From Chiloscyllium plagiosum (lineage: Eukaryota), in assembly GCF_004010195.1 (NCBI RefSeq), contig NC_057752.1, positions 9,534,377 through 9,598,376 of the forward strand: a stretch of 64,000 nt of DNA, given 5' to 3'. The position numbers and the translations under genes are program-made. Of this stretch, positions 24,420 through 36,019 are shown one piece after another (the first letter of the stretch is position 1; each line of letters begins with the position of its first letter). The notes under the pieces are model-generated. The model did no database searches, was not told the origin of the DNA, and saw nothing but the letters and a program-made list of their open reading frames with translations.

Positions 24420-25250
24420 AAGGAACATATGAATTAGGAGTAGGAGAAGGTAATTCAGCCATTTCACATGATCGTGACTGATCTCAACCTGGTCTCGACT
24501 CCACTTTCCTACCTGCTCCCCATAGCCCTTTATCCTGCTCTTCATCAGAAACTTATCGACATGGGCGGCATGGTGGCACAGTGGTTAGCACTGCTGCCTC
24601 ACTGCGCCAGAGACCCGGGTTCAATTCCCGCATCGGGCGACTGACTGTGTGGAGTTTGCATGTTCTCCCCATGTCTGTGTGGGTTTCCTCCGGGTGCTCC
24701 GGTTTCCTCCCACAGTCCAAAGATGTGCAGGTCAGGTGAATTGGCCATGCTAAATTGCCCGTAGTGTTAGGTAAGGGGTAAATGTTAGGGGTATGGGTGG
24801 GTTGCGCTTCGGTGGGGTGGTGTGGACTTGTTGGGCCGAAGGGCCTGTTTCCACACTAAGTAATCTCATCTACTTCTTGAATCGGTTGATGGATTCTGCC
24901 TCCACTGCACTTTGGGGCAGTGAGCTCCACAAATTCACAACCCTCTGAGAGTAGTAGTTTCTCCACATCTCAAATTTTGAACCTACCTCCTCTGTCTCCT
25001 TGTTTGAGACTGCCCAGCAAGGGGCAACATCTGTTCATTGTCTGCCTTATCAATCCTCTTTAGCATTTTAAATACCTCAATCAGATTCCCCCTGCCCCCC
25101 CGCACCTCATTTTTCTGAACTCCAGCGAGTAGAAGTCCAGGCTATTCAACTGCTCCTTGTACAACAACCCTTTCATCCTTGGAATCAACCTGGTGAACCA
25201 TCTCTGAGCTGCCCCCAGTGCCACCACATCCTCCTCCAAGTAAGGAAATC
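24420..25250 (-). mobile_element. CR1-like LINE 3' fragment (host of the SINE above)
   Basis: Reverse tail gaacatatgaattaggagtagga and ggaatcaacctggtgaacc. Confidence 0.7.
24563..24870 (+). mobile_element. HE1-like SINE, well preserved
   Basis: A box tggcacagtggttagc, B box gggttcaattccc, and tail gggccgaagggcctgtttccacact. Confidence 0.9.
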
Positions 25251-25963
25251 AGTTCAAAATGGAGAACTGTGACCAATTGTGTTCCACAAGGATCTGTGCT
25301 GGGACCACTGTTTGTAATATATACAAGTGATGTGGAGGAAGGTATAGGTGGTCTGATTAACAAGTTTGCAGATGACACTAAGATTTTTGGAGTAGCAGAT
25401 AGTGAAAGGGACTGTCAGAGAATGCAGCAGAATATAGATAGATTGGAGAGTTGGGCAGAGATATGGCAGATGGGAGTTCAATTCTGGCAAATGCGAGATG
25501 ATACATTTTGGAGAATCCAATTCAAGAGCAAACTATACAGTAATTAGAAAAGCCCTGAGGAAAATTGATGTACAGAGAGATCTGGGTGTTCGGGTCCGTT
25601 GTACCCTGAAGGTGGCAATGCAGGTCAATAGAGTGGTCAAAAGGCATGTGGTGTGCTTTCCTTCATTGGACAGGGTATTGAGTACAAGAGTTGGCAGGTC
25701 ATGTGACAATTGTACAGTGCTGGTCACCACATTACCTAATGGATGCGGATGCTTTGGGGAGGGTGCAGAGGAGGTTAATTAGGATGTTGCCTGGTATGGA
25801 GGGCGCTAGCTATGAAGAGAGGTTGAGTAGATTAGGATAACTTTCATTAGAAAGACAGGTTGAGGGGAGACTTGATTGAGGTTTACAAAACTGACAGCTA
25901 TTGACAGGGTGGATAGCAAGAAGCTTTTTCTCCCCTCCTCTGCAGAGCGGAGGACTCTATTAT

Positions 25964-26292
25964 GGGGGTGGCATGGTGACTCAGTCGTTAGCACTTGCTG
26001 CTTCACAGCTCCAGGGGACCCTGGTTCAATTCCAGCCTCAGGTGATTGTCTGTCTGTGTGGAGTTTGCACATTCTCCCAATGTCTGCGTGGGTTTCCTCC
26101 CACAATCCAAAGATGTGCAGGTCAGGTGAATTGGTCGTGCTAAATTTTCCCCATAGTGTTCAGGAATGTGGTAGTTAGGGTAAATGTAGAGTAATAGGGT
26201 GGGGAATGGATTTGGGTGGGATACTCTTCAGAGGGCTGCTGTAGACTCGTTGGTCCGAAGGGCCTGTTTCCACACTGTAGGGATTCTATTCT
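25964..26292 (+). mobile_element. HE1-like SINE
   Basis: Same head, core and tail as 24563-24870. Confidence 0.85.
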
Positions 26293-26365
26293 ATGAAATA
26301 ATTGGGGTCATGGGATCAAGGTGAGAGGGGAAAAGTTTTTTAAATATGTCTTTTTTAAAAAAGGA

Positions 26366-27600
26366 ATTTTTTTTTTTGAATATTACAACAAATACAAAAC
26401 CAAACAATTCATTGCATAGAATTGCCATGGCTATATAAAAGCTTCTCTTAGTATGGTGGACAAATCTGTACCAGATGGTCCAAAGAGGAAGCCACATTCG
26501 AAAGAAATTCTCTGTTTTATGGTGCACCATACTCGTCAAATTCCAAGGGGATGTGCTCCATGACTACCCCACCGAAGCGCAACCCACCCATACCCCTAAC
26601 ATTTACCCCTTACCTAACACTACGGGCAATTTAGCATGGCCAATTCACCTGACCTGCACTCTTTTTCCTGGCAGGGTACGCTAGGTACTTGTCCAGCTTA
26701 TCCCTGTGCTCAAACCAGCCTTTGACCTGCAAATGTAAACTCCCCTATTGGCTGTCCATGTGAGCATGGAGTTCAACGTAGACCCAAGCGCTGTGATCCT
26801 CTGCAGTTTAACCAGCAAGGGCTTGTCAAAGTATGTCTTTTCAGCTACTTTCAGACTCGTCTTGAGCAAGTGTTGCTGCTCACCCATCTGCTGCTTATTG
26901 GCTGAATAGGAAATAACCAACCCCCAGCATAGTCTTTAGCTGTTTCCCAAAGAATGGATGGGCTACTGGCTGAGCCTGAATTAATATCTAAGAAAGCCCT
27001 GAACTCAGTAGGAAAGAATTCAATAAACTTGCTGTCTTTAAGGATGAAGGGGTCCAGTCGCCAATGCCTCGAGCCTACCACAGTATCCTTACTCTTAACC
27101 ATTAAATAGACTGGGGCATGGTCATAAATACACTGGGCATGATCGGAAATAGTGATATTGCCAGTTGTGCACGATGCCAACGAGCCCAGATGTGCTGCGG
27201 GGGTCAGAAAAAGATCAATCCTGGTATGGCATTTTATGTGGGTTCGAAAAGAACGTGAAGTCCCTGCCAGTGGGGGGAAGCTGTTTGCAAACTTCTACCA
27301 ATCCCAATTCAGCACACAAATCCCTTCATTGTTTGGATTGCAAAGAAGACATTGGCAGGCCTTTGGGCAAGCTGGCAATCTGTAGGGTCTGTGAGACAGT
27401 TGAAATCCCCTCCTATGATGATATGTTGAGATGCAAGTTAACCAGTCTAGAAAGTGCATCTGACAAAAATTTAAGGGGGTGGGCCGGGGACAGCAAACAT
27501 TTAAGATCCCGTATTCTTTCCCATGTATCAAAGCTGTAAGGATTACAAATCTCCTATGTCTTTAATGCACTCTAGTAACTTAAATGGGTGATTCTTTCTA
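26366..27600 (-). mobile_element. L1-clade LINE remnant (endonuclease region joined to 3' end), with a SINE piece at about 26560-26660
   Basis: ISDHA...DHAPV, WRLDPFILKDSKF, LWETAK and VISYSA. Poly(A) on the minus strand at about 26366-26377. Confidence 0.8.
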
Positions 27601-27879
27601 ACTAAAATGGCCACGAAGAGGGGAAAAGTTTAAGGGAGATATGCGTGGAAAGTTCTTTAAGCAGAGGGCAGTGGGTGCCTGGAACGTATTGCTAGTAGAG
27701 GTGGGCACGATAGCATAATTTAAGATGTATCTAGACAGATACATGATTGGGCAGGCAGCAGAGGGATACAGATCCTTAGAAAATAGGTGATAGGTTTAGA
27801 TAGAGAATCTGGATCAACGTAGGCTTTGAGGGCTGGAGGACTGAAGGGCCTGTTCCTGTGCTGTAATTTACTTTGTTCT

Positions 27880-29350
27880 TTTTAACTGGACACAATATTT
27901 CTGGTGTGGTTTCATCAATGCTTTACATAATTGTAATGACAATTCTTTACTTTTATAATCCAGTCATTTGCAATAAATGCCAGGATTCCATTTGCCTTTC
28001 TTGTTACATGCTGCACCTGCATACCCATTTTCTGTAATTCAAGCACAAAGACACCCAGATCCCTCTGCACTGATGCACTTTAAATCTGCTGCCCATTTAA
28101 ATAATAATTTGTCCTTTTATTTTTCTGGCCAAAATAGACAACCTCTCACTTATCCACATGAAACTCCACCTGCTGGATTCTGGACCATTTTCCAAGCCTA
28201 TCAATATCCATTTGTAAATTCTTAATCTCATCACTGCCTGCTTTCCCACCGATTTTGGTATCTTCCACGAATTTTGCAATGTTACACTCTTTCTCTGCTT
28301 GCAGATCAACTATTTACAATCTCTATAAATGATGCCCAAGATCCGAACCCTTGCAGTAACTCACTTGTTACAGTTCACCAATCAGAAAAGGACCTATCTA
28401 TCCTGCTTTCTGTCGGCCAATCCTGCGTCCAAGCCACAGGATATCCATCTACCCTTCGTCCCCTGGGATCTAACCTTTTGGATCAGTCTTTGTGACACCT
28501 TTTCAGATGCCTTCTGGAAGTCTTGATAATACCACATCCACCAGATCCCCATTATCTACCTTGCTAGTGACATTCTCAAGTTTATCGAGCATGACTTGCT
28601 CTTAATAAAACCATGCTGACACTAGTAAATTGGGCTTGGTTTTTCCAAATGTTCAGTTATCTCCTCCTTATAGAGTCATAGAGCTATATAGCATGGAAAC
28701 AGATCCTTCGGTCCAACTTGTCTGTGCTGACCCAGATATCCTAAATAAATCTAGTCCCATTTGCCAGCACTTGGCCTATATCCCTCCAAACCCTTCTTAA
28801 TTCATATACCCATCCAGATGCCTTTTAAATGTTGCAATTGTACCAACGTTCACCACTTCCTCTGGCAACTCATTCCATACACACACCACCCTCTGTGAAA
28901 AAGTTGGGTCCCTTTTAAATCTTTCACACCTCACCTTAAACCTATGCCCTCTAGTTCTGGACTCCCCACCATGAAGCAATTTCCCACTACAGAGGTCAAA
29001 CTAACTGGTCTATAGCTTCTCATTTTTTACGCGTCTCCTTTTTTGAATGGGGTTGTCATATTAGTATGTTTCCAATCCATTGGCATCTTTCCAGAATTCA
29101 GGGAATTTTGGAAAATCGTAACTAATGTATCCACTATCTCTGCTACCACCTCCTTTTAAAACGCTAGGGTGTAAGCCTTTAGGCCCCGAGGGCTTATCAG
29201 TCTGTAATCCCATCAGTTTAATTCATACCTTCTCCCTAGTTGTAGTAATTCCACCAAGTTCCTCTGTAGTAGCTGCAGTTTTAGGGAAAAAATTATTATT
29301 ATCCACTGTGAAATCTGAGACAAAATACTGGTTTAGCGCTTCTGCCATTT
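27880..29350 (-). mobile_element. Old CR1-like LINE, with a nested younger CR1 3' end at about 28670-28975
   Basis: Reverse RT motifs (atgccttctggaagtc, aaaccatgctgac, aactggtctatag) and ESRTRGHRFKVR. Confidence 0.75.
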
Positions 29351-29614
29351 GAGTTTCCTATTATTACCTTGCCAGGAATGAGTAGGGATCAGTTTGATGG
29401 AAGGAGCATTCGATGAGTGGTATTTGATGTTCAATCCTTCATTCTGCTCAAACAGTGTCAAACATCTTTGAATTACAAAATGAAAAGCAGTTTGGTAATT
29501 TTAAACTATTTCAGAATGCATCTCTTTTATCAGAACGACTTCTGACAGTAGCAACCAGAGCCACAGCCACAAAATTGAATGTGGAGCAGTCTCCAGTGGC
29601 TGAATTTAAGAGTA

Positions 29615-29892
29615 GACTCCCTACAGCATGGAAACAGGCCCTTTGGCCCAACAAGTCCACACCGACCCTCCGGAGAATAACCCACCCAGAACCATTTCCC
29701 TCTGACTAATGCACCTAACACTACGGGTAATTTAGCATGGCCAATTCACCTGACCTGCACATCTTTGGACTGTGGGAGGATACCGGAGCACAGGGAGAAT
29801 GTGCAAACTCCACACACAGTTGCCCAAGGCTGGAATCGAACCTGGGTCCCTGGTGCTGTGAGGCAGCAATGCTGACCACTGAGCCACCGTGC
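29615..29892 (-). mobile_element. HE1-like SINE
   Basis: Reverse complement of the head (ggcacggtggctcagtggtcagcattgctgcctcacagcaccagg) and tail. Confidence 0.88.
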
Positions 29893-32800
29893 CTACTCCT
29901 CTTGCGATTTCTTATAGTCTTCACAACCAGGGTAATGTGGAATATATTGATGGCAAACCCACAATCCCCAATTCAACACAGATGCGTACATTTCTAACTT
30001 GTAGCTCTTAGCAGCCTAAATTGTTGCACTTTACTCTCCAAAAAATTGTGAATTAAATATTACAAATATAAGGAATAGGAGCAAGAGTCAATAATTCAGC
30101 CGTCCAGGCTGCTCCACCACTTAATGATTCTGGCTGATCGCATTTTGGCATCAACTCCACTTTTTTGCCTGCTCCTCCTAGCCCTTCAATCCATTACAAA
30201 TGAAGAATCTTGCTCGCTCGCTCTTGCTCTCTCTCGCTTCACCTCCATTGTATTCAGTGTTGCAGTATCCACCAAATTCTGAGGGTAGTGAATTCCACAG
30301 ATTCATAATCTCTTGTAAATTTGTTGTTTTTTTTAATCTAGTATCAACAGTTAATTGAACTGTTGCACTAGGGATCCATTTTTAAATGCATGGAAGGTAG
30401 CGTTTTGTTTTATTACTCAGACATTGAGCATTGCCTGAGCTGATTTCCCCCACCCACAGTAATCCAAGAGACCGTGTGGAGAAGGTGAGGTCACAGTTGA
30501 TGGTCTGCTTTGATCTTCTTGAATAGCAGAGCAGGCTAAAGAGGCTGAATGACCACCTCCTATTTAGTGTATTATCCTTCTGGTTGAGGTTCAAGTGCCA
30601 TTGTGTTGTGATAAGTGTGGGACGAGCACCGCAATGATGACAGCTATTTTATAGAGTGACAAGTTTTTGACAGCATTTATTCTTACTCCAAGTCGCGAGA
30701 TACTGCAAAGAAACATTGAGGCTTTCTGGGAAAATGTAGAATTAAGTTTGAAACCAGGACCATGGAATATTTCCCAATGTTTCAGTTGTCTGTTAAAACA
30801 TTGAGGTGGCAACCAAATCTGATGTTGTATTATGATGGGAAAGCATAATGTGAGCTGTTTCTCACAACTTTTTAAAATCTTTTTTTTGCCCCTTCTATAC
30901 CCAGAGAGGCAAAAGGCAGGCAAAGCATCTGTTGGTTCTTCCTGGAACAGCTCACTAGCCTGTCACAGGAGGTTATAGCGTGAGGTACACCATTTCACAT
31001 CAGGCACAGCTAGTCAGGGGACTCTCCCACACTTACTTACTGCTGCCATAGGTATAATAGAGGATTTACTGGTTGATAATCGATCTGTGTGGCCAGTGAT
31101 CCAGATTTGGAGTGAACAAATCAGATTCTCCAACTGTGGAGAGCCACTGTCCTTAGTTGTATAGTTGGATTCCGGGAATTGACAGATATTTTGTGATTCT
31201 ATAGCCCACAGTCTGAGGCTGAATCTGACTGTTCACACTCTAGCTGCTGAATTTAACCTGGAGCTGAGCTTTCACCCCTTTATCCTCTCTGACCACCTAC
31301 TTCCACCTCCTGTCACATTGCCCATCTCTACCCTTGCCTTAGCACATCTGCTGCTGAAACCCTCATCCATATCATTGCTACTTTCAGAATCAAGTGTTCC
31401 AATGTTCTCCTGACTGCCTCCAAAAACGTCTATATTAGACAAACTGCTACAAATGTCTTCACTGGCTGATTGTTACTGTTAACCAACTTTGAGGCAGTTT
31501 CCTCTCAAGATTCCCCAGTGGCTCTTGAAAATCAGCTTTATTGCAGAATTCTTGACAGAATTGCAGCTTGTACCTGCTGCACACAACAGCAGTCCTCTTG
31601 AATAACTGGGTACAGAATTACCGATATGAGCAGCTGCACATTGTACATCCTAGATGGTAAATAATATCAGTGTGAACTAGAAACCATTTGTCTTTTAAAA
31701 AAAAAAGTCATTAAAATATGCAATGATTTCTTTTATATGAAGAAGAAACATTGTGTGCTAATAACATCACTTGATGCTTTTAATGCAGTGTAGGTATAGT
31801 AGGGGTGTGTATGATAAGATGAAGCACATCAAAGGAAAAATGTGGAATTCAGAAAATCTCTTTCCAAGGTGTTCTGTACATCTTTACATAATAAAAAAAA
31901 TAGGAGCACAGGTAGGCCCCTCCAGCCTACTGTGCCTTTAAATGAGATTACAGTCACCTGTGACATTGACTGATTCCACTTTCCCATCCAATCCCTTGAT
32001 TCATTCAGTGTCTAAGAAACGTTTTTTTAAAAATTACTCAGCCTCTCTCCCTCTCTCTCTCTCTCTCTCCGGTTTATATGCTACGTATGGTATCAAAGAA
32101 GATTGACCTACAAATAGCTGTCTAAACTGTAGCCAAGAGAAAGCAAATGTTAATTGTTATTGCAAGATAGCAACAAACTCTTGTTTAATCATGTGAATTC
32201 CTTCTTCTGAGCTTTGTTGCTGCCTCATAACAAGGTGCTTGTAAACCTTCTTTTCTGGTGAAATCCAATACAGGAGGAGTGTCTAGGTGAATTCTGGGCA
32301 CACCAGCCTCTTCCTCAAATGTCCCTTCCCAGGTTGAATAGCCTGTAAATGCTCACCAGTCAAAGCGAGCCAAATGAGTGACTGTTAGCAGACTTTTTCA
32401 AATGTCGAAGCCATAATAGTGGATAACCATGATAGCCTTTGTTACTTTGCAGACTTGATTCCGGCATGCAGCTAGCTAACTTGCCATCTCTGAACTTGAT
32501 ACCCTGCCAAATTCTGCTTATCCTAACTTAATTGCTGACATGCATTGATTCCTCATTAAGCAATGCATCTTTGTTTAATTCCATCCTTGTTTTAAAATCC
32601 TTCCAGTGGTCTTGCCTGCTTCATTTCTTCCAGCCCCACAGATTGCAGCATTGCAAACAGTAGCAAAGATTTAGTGAGAAATCTGCAAACATTAACGTGA
32701 TGTTTGCTTTGAAGTTATCATGAATGATTCAGAACTTGGAACTTGCTTCTGAGTTTGAGGCTGCACATTGGCATATATCCACCTATCTACCCACAAGTAG

Positions 32801-33055
32801 GCAGGCCTTGGATCGTGTAGTTTAATAGTTCATTGGTGTGGGTGACAGAAGACTGTTCCCACAGGCATTGTTTTGTGTTTACAAAAATAACTCTGACCTG
32901 CTTGCATTTGTTCACACTAACGATCCAGACAAGGAAGGAAATGGCCATTTATATGTCATCCAAACAATGACAGACTTATTCCGTGCCAGTAAAAAGGGAG
33001 AAGGCAGGAGAAAGAGTCTGGGTCATTAGTCTCTGGATCATTCATTCACCAGTTC

Positions 33056-33176
33056 CTGAAGAAGGGCTTATGCCCGAAACGTCGACTCTCCTGTTCCTTG
33101 GATGCTGCCTGACTTTTGCGCTTTTCCAGCAACACATTTTCAGCTCTGATCTCCAGCATCTGCTGCTCTCACTTTC
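33056..33176 (+). mobile_element. Isolated Penelope family-B terminus beginning at the hammerhead core
   Basis: CTGAAGAAGGGCTTATGCCCGAAACGTC at 33056-33083. Flanked by a 26-bp direct repeat (33030-33055 and 33177-33202, one mismatch). Confidence 0.8.
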
Positions 33177-33829
33177 TCTCTGGATCATTTATTCACCAGT
33201 TCAAGCTAAAAGTTTCTCCTATGCAAAAAATGCATGTTATCCTGACATAACACTTGATCGTGCATGGATGAATGAGAGGTAACGAGGAGGAGCTTGAAGT
33301 GTAGAGAATGCAGCTTTGAACCCGCAGCTTTGAACTTACACCTTTCCCCACCTCTGGTAGCATGCCACCACGCTTTCTTCAAGGCAGCATTTGGTTTCAC
33401 AGGAGTTGAGGTAAAAGGCAGGTGAATTACCTGATTCCTTCCAGAACCACCACTATTTCAGCCACATGGCAGCTTTAGCAGAAATTTGATTGCAGTTGTG
33501 AAATGGAAAAAAATAAAATCCTCACCTGGTTTTGTTTTTTGTTTTAAAAGTTATTTTCTGAAAAATTGTTGTAGTTGTGATGGCTTGTTTAAGTTTCGCG
33601 ATAGGATTTGGGTGCATTGTAATTTGACAGCACTGAGTTATTGTTTGTAAATGTCTCTTGATGTCTTTTTTATTTCTGAAAAAGATCCAGCTTTGCAAAG
33701 TGGAAAGTGTCCACCTTACACAAAATCTTGGTCCTTTAAAGGAAATGATTTTTGCCAGGCATTTTGTTTGTATTTTAGAAAAGACTTTCAATGTTTATTT
33801 TATTAATGATGTGGTGTTGGACTGGATCA

Positions 33830-33968
33830 GAAATCACATGACGCCAGATTATAGTCCAACAGGTTTATTTGAAATCATAAGCTGTCAGAGTGCTGCTCCT
33901 TCAGGTGGACAAAGGGGCAGCACTCTGAAAGCTTGTGATTTCAAATAAACCTGTTGGACTAAACCTGT
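33830..33968. mobile_element. Short palindromic non-autonomous element, probably Penelope-derived
   Basis: agtccaacaggtttatttgaaatca...tgatttcaaataaacctgttggact inverted repeat with a degenerate hammerhead-like centre (gcagcactctgaaagc). Confidence 0.65.
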
Positions 33969-34199
33969 TTTATCAGTGCTCTGAAGAATGTTTTTGTAGA
34001 TCCTCTAGTCATAAATGGACAACTTCAATCTCCTCCTCATTACCCCTCATTCATTTAAGCAATGCATCATTATTTAATTTCCATCCTTGCTTTAAAATCC
34101 TTCCTATGGCCTTGCCTGCTTCATCTCTTCCAGCCCCACAGATTGCAGCATTGCAACCAGTGGCACAGTCAACCCATCGTATTCAGTCTAACAGTGAAA

Positions 34200-35635
34200 A
34201 CTTGGCTTAGAAACAACTGTGTTTAACTTAAATAAAGGGAGTTACAATGAAATGAGAGTAGAGTTAGCTAAAGTAGACTGGGCAGATAGATTAGCTGGAA
34301 TGACAGTAAACAAGCAGTGGCAGACATTTTATGGAGGTAATTCATGATTCTCAGCAAAAATACATCCCAGTAAGGAGTAAAGATTCTGAGAGGGGGATAA
34401 ACTAACCATGATCAACCAGAGAGAAGGAGGAGAGTATCAAGTTAGGGGAGAACAAAGTATGCAAGGAGGCAAAAGATAATAAAGACAGAAAACAAACTAC
34501 AAGGGCAGACTAGTGAGGAATATAAAAACTGACAATAAGAGCTGCTTTAACTAAAGACATAAAGGTCAAAGTGAATATAGGCGCCTTAGATAATAAATCT
34601 GGGGGGATAGTAATGGGGAACAAGGAAATGGCAGTTGAACAGATTATGTTGTATCAGTTTTTATGGTGGAGGATACTTCAAACATCCCAGAGAAGTAGTA
34701 TTTGACAAACTAATGGGGTTAAAAACAGAAGCCCTGTGGCCCTGATGTCTTTCATCCTAGGATCCTAAAAGATCTATAGCTATAGGGAAGTGGATGCATT
34801 GATTGTAATTTTCCAAAAATTCTTGGATTCTGAAGATGTACCAGAGGATTGGAAAACTGCTAATGTGACACCCCTATTCCAAAAGAGGGAGGCAAAAAGC
34901 AGTTAACTATAGACTGATTAGCCTAATGTCTATTAGAGTCATAGAATCAGACAGCATGGAAACAAACTCTTCAGTCCAAATTGTCCATGCTGACCAGATA
35001 TCCTACATTAATTTAGTCCTACTTGCCAGCATTTGGCCCATATCCCTCTTAAACCCTTCTCATTCATGTACCCATCTAGATACCTTTCAAATGTTGTAAT
35101 TGTACCAGCCTCCATCACTTCCTCTGGCAGTTCATTTCCGTACACGTGCCACTCTATGTGGAAAAAGCCCCTAGAAAAAGACTTGGATATTCACCCTATC
35201 GTGATTTTTAACAGCAGAGGCAGTCAGCTGTGCAGGTTCACTGCTGGGTCAGACAGCTATGCAGATTTACTTCTCTGCCTGTTTCACTTCCCACATGGTC
35301 ACTGCCTTGTCTGTCTTCCTCCTTTTTTAAAGTGCCATTGTTTTTGATATTTTCTTTTCCAAAGTTTCAAAACCATGTAACAGCTTATAAAACTGTAATT
35401 ACTGTTCTTCGAATTCAAGGGAATGAGCTCCAATGCTGAAAATACCTCAAAAAAGGAGCAACTCTCATAATTTTTTTCCTATCCTCCATCTTGGATTAGC
35501 CAGAATCCTTGTTTGTTGGAAAAGTCTTGGAATCAATTATTAAAGAGGTAATAGCACAGTTGGAAAACCATAATCTAATCAAGCAGAGTCTGCATAGTTT
35601 CATGAAAAGGACATTGTGTTTGACAAATTTATTAG
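34200..35635 (+). mobile_element. Old CR1-like LINE fragment, with a nested minus-strand CR1 tail (about 34935-35170)
   Basis: gaggattggaaaactgctaatgtgacacccctatt (DWKTANVTPL) and ggaaaagtcttggaatcaattatt. Confidence 0.7.
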
Positions 35636-35639
35636 TGTG

Positions 35640-36010
35640 TATAGGGTGTAGCTTTGCTCGCTGAGGTGTAGGTTTGATGTCCAGACGTTTCATTACCTGG
35701 CTAGGTATCATCATTAGTGGCGACCTCAAAGTGAAGCGAAACTGTTGTCTCCTGCTTTCTATTTATGTTTGTCCTGGATGGGGTTCCTGGGGTTTGTGAT
35801 GATGTCATTTCCTGTTCGTTTTCTGAGGGGGTTGATGGTATCTATATCTGTGTTTGTTTATGGCGTTGTGGTTGGAGTGCCAGGCCTCTATTTCGTGTAT
35901 CCTGGTGGCTAACTTTCTTCCTGTTTGTCCTACGTAGTATTTGTGGCAGTCTTTGCATGGAATTTTGTAGATGACGTTGGTTTTATCCTTGGGTTGTACT
36001 GGGTCTTTTA
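35640..36010 (-). mobile_element. Penelope-like fragment
   Basis: Terminus similar to 23389-23745, with a degenerate hammerhead at about 35683-35718. Confidence 0.65.
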
Positions 36011-36019
36011 AGTTTGTGG

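Larger units (their letters stand above)
25250..27885 (+). mobile_element. CR1-like LINE RT/3' end, split by SINE and L1 insertions
   Basis: VPQGSVLGPLFVIY and KFADDTKI. The element resumes at about 27620 (gaggggaaaagttt at both 26325 and 27618 areas) and ends with the tail gaagggcctgttcctgtgctgt. Confidence 0.8.

Noticed and set aside
24563..24640. tRNA gene
   Set aside because: The A/B boxes belong to a SINE head, with no cloverleaf and a SINE body following.
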